Shown here piece after piece: positions 13,409 through 19,027 of a stretch of DNA of 19,027 nucleotides. The stretch lies in assembly GCA_036277695.1 (NCBI GenBank), contig DASUMO010000142.1:1-19027 (forward strand), read 5' to 3'. This DNA is from Chitinophagaceae bacterium (lineage in GTDB: Bacteria; Bacteroidota; Bacteroidia; Chitinophagales; Chitinophagaceae). Position 1 is the stretch's first letter. Every line of letters begins with the position of its first letter. The position numbers and the translations under genes are program-made. The notes beneath the pieces were generated by a model, which was not told where the DNA came from, did no database searches, and saw only the letters and a list, made by a program, of their open reading frames with translations.

Positions 13409-15097
13409 ATGAAACGACAAACCCTGCTTTTTGCGCCCCTGGCATTGCTCCTGCTTTTCCTGGTAGCCTGCTCCAATACGAGTAATATCCCGGTGCCGGC
13501 GGATGCCGCCTTTGTTATTCACGTAAATGGTGCTTCCCTCCAGTCCAAACTCAGTTGGGACGAAATCAAACAAAGCGATTGGTTCCGGATCGCCAATGAA
13601 AAAACAAAAGATTCCTTAGCCCGTACAGTACTCAATGATCCCGATGCATCGGGAATTGATACCAAAGGTGATATGTATATTTTTTTCAAAAACCGTGGCC
13701 GTGGTGGCTATGGCGCCGTGGTGGGGAATGTAAAAGAAGAAAAGGCTTTTGCGGCATTTATGGAAAAATCCATGGAGGGCAAAAAGGCCAGTTCCGAAAA
13801 AGGATTGTCGGTTATCCGCAATGAAAAAAGTGTTTTAACCTGGAAAGAAAAAAGATTCGTGTTTGTTTTTGACAATCCCGAGATGAACAGCAACGCTGCC
13901 ATGATGGGAGGACAACAGCAGGACACTGGCGATCGCAGTTTTTCAAGCGACAGCCTTCTGTATTTCGCCAGTGAGATCTATGGGATCAAGGGCAAAAGCA
14001 GCGTGGGCAGCAATTCCCGCTTCTCCGGTATGATGAAGGAAAAAGGCGACGTTCATTTCTGGTTTAATGCTTCAGGTATGTATGGAGGTGCTATGCCGGC
14101 CATGCTCGCGCTTACCAAGGTGAATCTTTTACTGAAAGATAATGTAACGGCTGCCACTTTGAATTTTGACAATGGTAAAATCACCGTGGATGCCAAAAGT
14201 TATTATAACAAAGAGCTGGAAGCCTTGTATAAGAAATACAAGCCGAATAATATTGATGATGCCATTTACAAAAAAATACCCTCGCAGAATGTGGCTGCCC
14301 TGGTGGCTATGACCTATCCTCCTGAGGGTTTAAAGGAATTTATTACCCTGCTGGGTGCAGATGGCCTGGTTAATATGATGCTGGCCCAGGAAACATTTAC
14401 CCTCAACGATTTTATCAAAGCTAATAAGGGTGATTTATTAATCGCAGTGACCGATTTTGGAATGAGAACGGACACCATGCGCATGGAGGGATTGCCAGAG
14501 GGAATGCAAATGCCCGCCCGGCATAAAGCAGATGCAAAATTCCTGTTTGCCGTATCCGTCAACGATAAAGAAGCGTTCAACAAAATGATTAACCTGGTCC
14601 AGGGTAAGATCAGCAAGGGAGGAGATCAAATGACTGCGATGATGAATCATATACCCTACCAGTTAAAAGATAATTGGTTTGTTGCCGGTAATGATTCCGT
14701 CGCGGTAAATGCATTTGGAAACACTGCAACGGAGCAATCTTTTATCAGTAAGATCAGCGGACATCCCATGGCGGGTTTCATCGATATTCAAAAATTCATC
14801 AGTGGCGCCAGGCCCAGTATGGATTCCACAGCAGCCTTTATTGCCGACCAGGCGCTCAAAACCTGGCAGGATATGATCTTCTATGGCGGGGAGTTCAGGG
14901 ATAATGCCGCACTGAGCCATCTTGAAATAAATATGGTGGATAAAAATACCAATAGCCTTAAGCAGCTGAACAGTTTCCTGGGCGTGGTTGCCAAAACTAT
15001 GGATGAGAAAGAAAAACTCAGGGAACAACGTTACCAGGATTTATATGAAAACAAGGTGGACACCACTGCTGTGCCACCCTCTCCCAATAATCCCTAA
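13409..15097 (+). CDS. Large lipoprotein, DUF4836-like (562 aa), function unknown
   Basis: The signal peptide with lipobox is ...LLFLVAC|SN. The N-terminal IPVPADAAFVIHVNGASLQSKLSWDEI opening resembles DUF4836 family proteins as I recall them, so the family label is tentative. The gene starts 25 nt after the hisS stop. Confidence 0.8.
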   Translation: MKRQTLLFAPLALLLLFLVACSNTSNIPVPADAAFVIHVNGASLQSKLSWDEIKQSDWFRIANEKTKDSLARTVLNDPDASGIDTKGDMYIFFKNRGRGGYGAVVGNVKEEKAFAAFMEKSMEGKKASSEKGLSVIRNEKSVLTWKEKRFVFVFDNPEMNSNAAMMGGQQQDTGDRSFSSDSLLYFASEIYGIKGKSSVGSNSRFSGMMKEKGDVHFWFNASGMYGGAMPAMLALTKVNLLLKDNVTAATLNFDNGKITVDAKSYYNKELEALYKKYKPNNIDDAIYKKIPSQNVAALVAMTYPPEGLKEFITLLGADGLVNMMLAQETFTLNDFIKANKGDLLIAVTDFGMRTDTMRMEGLPEGMQMPARHKADAKFLFAVSVNDKEAFNKMINLVQGKISKGGDQMTAMMNHIPYQLKDNWFVAGNDSVAVNAFGNTATEQSFISKISGHPMAGFIDIQKFISGARPSMDSTAAFIADQALKTWQDMIFYGGEFRDNAALSHLEINMVDKNTNSLKQLNSFLGVVAKTMDEKEKLREQRYQDLYENKVDTTAVPPSPNNP

Positions 15098-15126
15098 TCA
15101 AATTAAATCTTTATTTTCACCCATCG

Positions 15127-15163
15127 AACCACAGGCCTTTTTAAGTACCTGTGGTTTTTCTTT
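15127..15163 (+). terminator. Rho-independent terminator after the DUF4836-like gene
   Basis: A perfect 9-bp stem pairs aaccacagg (15127-15135) with cctgtggtt (15148-15156), with a 12-nt loop. It is followed by TTTTTCTTT. It lies 30 nt after the stop at 15097. Confidence 0.7.
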
Positions 15164-15174
15164 ATTTCGCGCTT

Positions 15175-15819
15175 ATGAATGAAATGATCATACAGGATGT
15201 GCTGCCTGCATATTTCCAGGAGAGCAGGAAAGACCAATCCGAAATATGGGGTAAGGACCTGCATTTTGAAAAAGGGGAGTTGATCAAGATTGTGGCTCCC
15301 TCCGGCAAGGGCAAAACTTCGCTGATCCATTTTATTTATGGATTGCGCAAAGATTATAAGGGCCGGATTGCTTATGGTAAAAAAAATATCGAAGGATTTT
15401 CTGCGGAAAATTTCGCCGGCTACCGTAAAAATCATGTGAGCGTGGTTTTCCAGGATCTCCGTTTATTCCCGGAGAATACAGTTTTACAGAATCTGGAGAT
15501 CAAACGGCAACTGAAACCCTATCATCCGCCGGAAATGATCCCGACTTTTGCCGAAAGACTGGGAATCGGTGATAAACTGGACTTCAAGGCCAGGACCTGT
15601 TCCTATGGCGAACAGCAACGTGTATCCATCATCCGGGCTTTATTGCAGCCCTTTGATTTTTTATTGCTGGATGAACCCTTTAGTCACCTGGACGATGCCA
15701 ATTCGAAAAAGGCGATGGAGTTGATGCTGGAAGAGAGCCATGCCCGGAATGCCTGTATCATCTTTGCCGATCTCGAACGCATTGATTATTTCCCTTATAC
15801 CCGATTGTTTCATTTATAA
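15175..15819 (+). CDS. ABC transporter ATP-binding protein with degenerate catalytic motifs (214 aa)
   Basis: Start chosen at the ATG at 15175 (MNEMIIQD...). The track's 15151 start is a GTG inside the terminator stem. Walker A is APSGKGKTS, the Q-loop is VVFQD, the signature is CSYGEQQRV (compare LSGGEQQR), and Walker B/D-loop is LLLDEPFSHLD. FADLE sits where the H-loop VTHD is expected, so there is no His. Confidence 0.85.
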   Translation: MNEMIIQDVLPAYFQESRKDQSEIWGKDLHFEKGELIKIVAPSGKGKTSLIHFIYGLRKDYKGRIAYGKKNIEGFSAENFAGYRKNHVSVVFQDLRLFPENTVLQNLEIKRQLKPYHPPEMIPTFAERLGIGDKLDFKARTCSYGEQQRVSIIRALLQPFDFLLLDEPFSHLDDANSKKAMELMLEESHARNACIIFADLERIDYFPYTRLFHL

Positions 15820-15829
15820 ACTTATCCTT

Positions 15830-17020
15830 GTGGCGCTTTCATACAGAACAATCAAACCTCTTTTACTTACTAGTGCCAGCGGCGCCTCCCGCTGGTTATC
15901 CTATACAGGCCTGGCTGTTGGTGTATTATTGCTGCTTTGCTCCATCCAGATGTTCATTAATATTCAACAGTTACTACACCGGCAAGGAATCCGCAAAGGA
16001 GGCTATGACTTTATCTCGGTTACCAAGACGGTAACCAATGAAAATATGGGAATGGACAACCGCTTTTCACAGGCGGATATTGCAGAGTTGAAGAACCAGC
16101 CTTTTATTGATGATGCGGCTCCACTCGTACCCAACCGGTTCAGGGTGGTGGCCAGCGCCGGGGAAATGATCCCTTTTTCTTCCGATATTTTTATCGAAGC
16201 GCTGGATCATAATTTTATTGATACAGTACCCCCGGGTTTTGAATGGAAAGAGGGACAGGAAGTAGTGCCGGTGATTTTTTCTTCCGATTTTCTTGAAATG
16301 TATAATGTGTTTGCCCCAAGTTATGATCTGCCACAGCTATCGCAAGCCACTGCTTCCAGTGTGAGTATTATCCTTCGTTGCGAAGGAAACCTTGGATCCC
16401 AGAATTTCCGATCCAATATTTTGGCTTTTTCCGACCGGGTCAACTCTATCCTCGTTCCGAAAAGTTTCCTGGACTGGGCCAATAAAAACCTGGAAGGCGT
16501 AGATACCGTTAAATCGTCCCGGGTATTCATCAAAACCAAAGATGCCAATAGTCCTGAATTGATCGCTTTCCTGGATACGAAGGATTACAGGGTCAATAAA
16601 GAGAAAACCATCTTCGGCCGTTCCAAACAATTACTACAGGGTGTCTTGTCGGGCCTGGGTCTTTTTGGTTTATTGGTTGTGATACTGGCGCTGATGTTGT
16701 TTTCATTTTACCTGCAACTGGTAGTAGCCCGCAGTAAGGATAATCTTCAATTGCTACTGATCCTGGGTTATTCTCCCGCCTGGTTAAGCCGTAAGGTAGC
16801 CCGGCAATTTATCCCGGTTTACTTTATGGTCGTATTGCTGGCACTGCTGGTTACGCAACTGGTACAATGGGCCTTCCATCATTATGTCATGTTTGACCGT
16901 CCTGAACTGACTACACTTGTACACTGGAGCGTAGCGGGGGTGGCCTTATTGTTGATCATTCTCTCCGTTATAACTAACTACAGGATGGTGAGAAGATTAT
17001 TGCATAAACTTAGTTATTAA
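15830..17020 (+). CDS. MacB/FtsX-type ABC permease (1 TM + large extracytoplasmic domain + 3 TM)
   Basis: The N-terminal TM is WLSYTGLAVGVLLLLCSIQMF. It is followed by a ~250-aa soluble domain and then three C-terminal hydrophobic helices (LGLFGLLVVILALMLF..., FIPVYFMVVLLALLV..., VAGVALLLIILSVI). The start is uncertain. The GTG at 15830 lies 10 nt after the ATPase stop. The track's ATG at 15740 would overlap the ATPase by 80 nt. Confidence 0.8.
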   Translation: MALSYRTIKPLLLTSASGASRWLSYTGLAVGVLLLLCSIQMFINIQQLLHRQGIRKGGYDFISVTKTVTNENMGMDNRFSQADIAELKNQPFIDDAAPLVPNRFRVVASAGEMIPFSSDIFIEALDHNFIDTVPPGFEWKEGQEVVPVIFSSDFLEMYNVFAPSYDLPQLSQATASSVSIILRCEGNLGSQNFRSNILAFSDRVNSILVPKSFLDWANKNLEGVDTVKSSRVFIKTKDANSPELIAFLDTKDYRVNKEKTIFGRSKQLLQGVLSGLGLFGLLVVILALMLFSFYLQLVVARSKDNLQLLLILGYSPAWLSRKVARQFIPVYFMVVLLALLVTQLVQWAFHHYVMFDRPELTTLVHWSVAGVALLLIILSVITNYRMVRRLLHKLSY

Positions 17021-17032
17021 CTCCCTTAATAA

Positions 17033-17065
17033 AAAACAGGCGGTCTTTTTAAGACCACCTGTTTT
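17033..17065. terminator. Bidirectional Rho-independent terminator between the convergent permease and susD genes
   Basis: aaaacaggcggtc (17033-17045) pairs with gaccacctgtttt (17053-17065). That is 12 bp with one C/A mismatch and a 7-nt loop. A/T runs lie on both sides, so each strand reads a stem followed by a T-run. It sits 13 nt after the permease stop and 31 nt after the susD stop. Confidence 0.7.
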
Positions 17066-17095
17066 GATTGGGAACTGTTGTTCTATTATAAACTC

Positions 17096-18550
17096 TTAAT
17101 TATATCCCGGGTTTTGAACTATCACACCACCACTTGCCTGGATCTCGGCATTAGGTATGGGAAGCAGCCAACGGAAATTACCAACTGGCAGGGTAGCTGC
17201 AGCTGTTGTTGGAGCATCTGAGGGGATACGTTCAACAGGCAGTCCCCTTCTTTTCAGGTCCCAGAAACGATGGCCTTCAAAAGCCAGTTCCTTGAATCTT
17301 TCCTGGATGATGGCGGTAATCGCAGCGGCCTTTGATGCAAATACTTCGTTCACATAACCATTGATCCTGGCAGCACGAAGGGTGTTAATATCAGATTCTG
17401 CACTGTTCGCACCCGTGAATTTGTCTTGTTCAGCTCTTGCTTCTGCACGAATCAGGTACATTTCACCTGTTCTGAAAACTTTGGCATTATTCACATTTTC
17501 GTTTGTGGTTGCATAGCCTGTCCCTGAATATTTATGAACCAGGTGCGAGTTTCTGCCTGCCGCAATCAGTATAGGTTCATTTATCAGGTAGGCAGCAAAA
17601 CGAACATCATTTACCTGGTCAAAGCTATTCCATAATTCGTCAGAAGGCTGCCAGGTAATTGTTCCAATTTGAGGATTGGCTGGAGTACCCCCGGAAAGAC
17701 CTGCCCGCCATAATGCACCTATCCTTCCACCTACTGCGATAGTTCTTTCCAGTCTCCAGGCCTGTTCATTGGTATTGGCATCGGTCCATATCCCGCCAAA
17801 ATCTCCTATTGGCGATAAGGGAATAGCAGAAATATATTCTGTAGCAAAGGATTCTGCACTGGCCCAATTCCGCATATATAATGCAATCCTTGCCTGCAAC
17901 CCGGTAGCCGCCAGTCTTGTAGCTCTCTTTATATCAGAAAGACTGGTAGGTAACAGATTTTTCGCAGCGGAAACATCTGCAATCATCTTTTGAAAATAAG
18001 GATCCATTTTTATCCTTGGCTGTGGGACGATGGTTGAAGTTTCCATATAGGGCATAGCCAACCCATCGGGATTAAAATTGTCGCAATAATACTTGAAGAG
18101 TTCAAAATGACAGAATGCCCTAAGAAAAAACGCTTCGCCCTTTAGCCGGTTACGCAATGTATTATCCCCGGGTCTTGTTGAATCTGCACCATCCACAAAC
18201 TCCAATACCCTGTTTACCCGGTCGATGACTCTGTAATAAGGGGTCACGGCTGTATAGTTGTCCCGAAGCCCAACGTCGGTAGACCCGTATTGCCATTCAT
18301 GCACGGTTCCCGCATTATAAAACTCGGAAACTTTTAATTCATCAGAAAGGACGCCATTGAACAACATTCCCATTTCCACCTGCGTTGCACCATAGGCTGC
18401 GATAATGGTTTGTTCATTATTTTGTACTGTTTTTAACGCAGTGGCACCGGCAATCAGATCCGTTTCTTCGACTTCGATAATCTTCTTGCATGAGACCAGG
18501 GTCACCAGCAAGAAAGATAAAAGAGTCAGTTTATTATAATTTCTTCTCAT
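17096..18550 (-). CDS. susD: RagB/SusD-family nutrient-binding outer membrane lipoprotein
   Basis: 484 aa. The lipoprotein signal is ...LLVTLVSC. ERFKELAFEGHRFWDLKR and YLIRAEARAE are typical SusD-like motifs. It lies immediately downstream (18 nt) of a SusC-type barrel gene. Confidence 0.9.
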   Translation of the reverse strand: MRRNYNKLTLLSFLLVTLVSCKKIIEVEETDLIAGATALKTVQNNEQTIIAAYGATQVEMGMLFNGVLSDELKVSEFYNAGTVHEWQYGSTDVGLRDNYTAVTPYYRVIDRVNRVLEFVDGADSTRPGDNTLRNRLKGEAFFLRAFCHFELFKYYCDNFNPDGLAMPYMETSTIVPQPRIKMDPYFQKMIADVSAAKNLLPTSLSDIKRATRLAATGLQARIALYMRNWASAESFATEYISAIPLSPIGDFGGIWTDANTNEQAWRLERTIAVGGRIGALWRAGLSGGTPANPQIGTITWQPSDELWNSFDQVNDVRFAAYLINEPILIAAGRNSHLVHKYSGTGYATTNENVNNAKVFRTGEMYLIRAEARAEQDKFTGANSAESDINTLRAARINGYVNEVFASKAAAITAIIQERFKELAFEGHRFWDLKRRGLPVERIPSDAPTTAAATLPVGNFRWLLPIPNAEIQASGGVIVQNPGYN

Positions 18551-18568
18551 TGGTAATATCTTTTAGAA

Positions 18569-19027
18569 TTAGAAATTAATATCAATACCCATCACGAACA
18601 TTTTAGGGTTCGGAAATTCGTTCAGGCTGATATTATTATTATCTTCCGGATCAGGTCCCCGCCAGGGGCTCCAGATAGCCAGGTTTTGACCCTGGACATA
18701 AAATCTTGCTGATTTTATCAGTCGCAGACCTCTTACATTCAACTCAGGAATATCATAAGCAACAAGCAGGTTTCTGAAGCGAAGGAATTTCGCATCCTGA
18801 AGATCTGAAGAGTTAAATCCCCTGTCATAGGCCGGTGACTGGTAGAAGGCCACATCACCAGGTTTTTGCCACTGCTGGGTCAGCATGACTCGGGAAGCAT
18901 TTACGATACCAACATAACCGGCAACGCCTCTCCTCACCCAATTTTCGATATTATTATACCTTGTCACCTTCAATTGGTAAGAGAATAAGGCGCTTAATGT
19001 AATCCTGTTATAACGTGCGTCCAGGGT
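18569..19027 (-). CDS. susC: SusC/RagA-family TonB-dependent outer membrane receptor, C-terminal 152 codons (gene runs off the right window edge)
   Basis: The track's M at 18973 is a TTG. The frame stays open upstream to base 19027 (...TLDARYNRITLSALFSYQLKVTRYNN...). It shows an alternating beta-strand pattern and ends ...FVMGIDINF with the terminal Phe typical of OM beta-barrels. Confidence 0.9.
   Translation of the reverse strand, partial: TLDARYNRITLSALFSYQLKVTRYNNIENWVRRGVAGYVGIVNASRVMLTQQWQKPGDVAFYQSPAYDRGFNSSDLQDAKFLRFRNLLVAYDIPELNVRGLRLIKSARFYVQGQNLAIWSPWRGPDPEDNNNISLNEFPNPKMFVMGIDINF

Noticed and set aside
12096-15028. Minus-strand ORFs inside hisS and the DUF4836-like gene (12096..12308 through 14663..15028), and plus-strand 11726..11908
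   Set aside because: These are antisense or out-of-frame shadows of well-supported genes. They have no motifs.
15103-17993. ORFs overlapping the ABC, permease and susD genes. Antisense: 15103..15435 (-), 16321..16630 (-), 17157..17357 (+), 17676..17993 (+). Same-strand but out of frame: 15828..16034 (+)
   Set aside because: These are shadow ORFs opposite, or out of frame with, supported genes.
1-19027. Whole-window scan for CRISPR arrays, rRNA/tRNA, transposase/integrase, toxin-antitoxin or known defence gene signatures
   Set aside because: Nothing was found by eye. There are no regularly spaced direct repeats, no recombinase-like ORFs and no nuclease/helicase/ATPase defence modules. The only nuclease-fold candidate is the single GxxExxY ORF, reported as a finding.

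Overview
The window reads like a Bacteroidota chromosome, probably Chitinophagia/Sphingobacteriia-like. This is an inference from the SusC/SusD pair, TAnnTTTG-type -7 boxes, a short NuoG and KAQ-type signal peptides.

Layout:
- Minus strand 1-7949: the promoter-proximal half of a complex I operon, nuoA-B-C-D-E-F-G plus the 5' end of nuoH. nuoH is not in the ORF track because it has no stop in the window.
- Minus strand 8140-11101: a small operon of a 2-TM peptide, a PstS-like binding protein and a TPR protein.
- Plus strand: an LMW protein-tyrosine phosphatase, hisS, a large DUF4836-like lipoprotein, and an ABC ATPase with a MacB/FtsX-type permease.
- Minus strand at the right edge: SusD and the 3' end of SusC, convergent with the ABC pair.

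I found no CRISPR array, tRNA/rRNA, transposase, integrase or recognisable defence or toxin system.

Unusual points:
1. The nuo operon is interrupted at three junctions by four non-nuo ORFs. They are a 76-aa 2-TM peptide (nuoC/D), an exported NTF2/SnoaL-like protein translationally coupled to a 79-aa 2-TM peptide (nuoE/F), and an AT-rich GxxExxY (PD-(D/E)XK-like) ORF (nuoF/G).
2. The GxxExxY ORF is bracketed by ~41-nt imperfect inverted repeats.
3. AGCT/CTAG-rich and CGC-AAAG-type repeat modules recur in several intergenic spacers. One copy overlaps the nuoF stop codon.
4. The ABC ATPase has degenerate catalytic motifs.

All family assignments come from motif recognition by eye. No searches were run.
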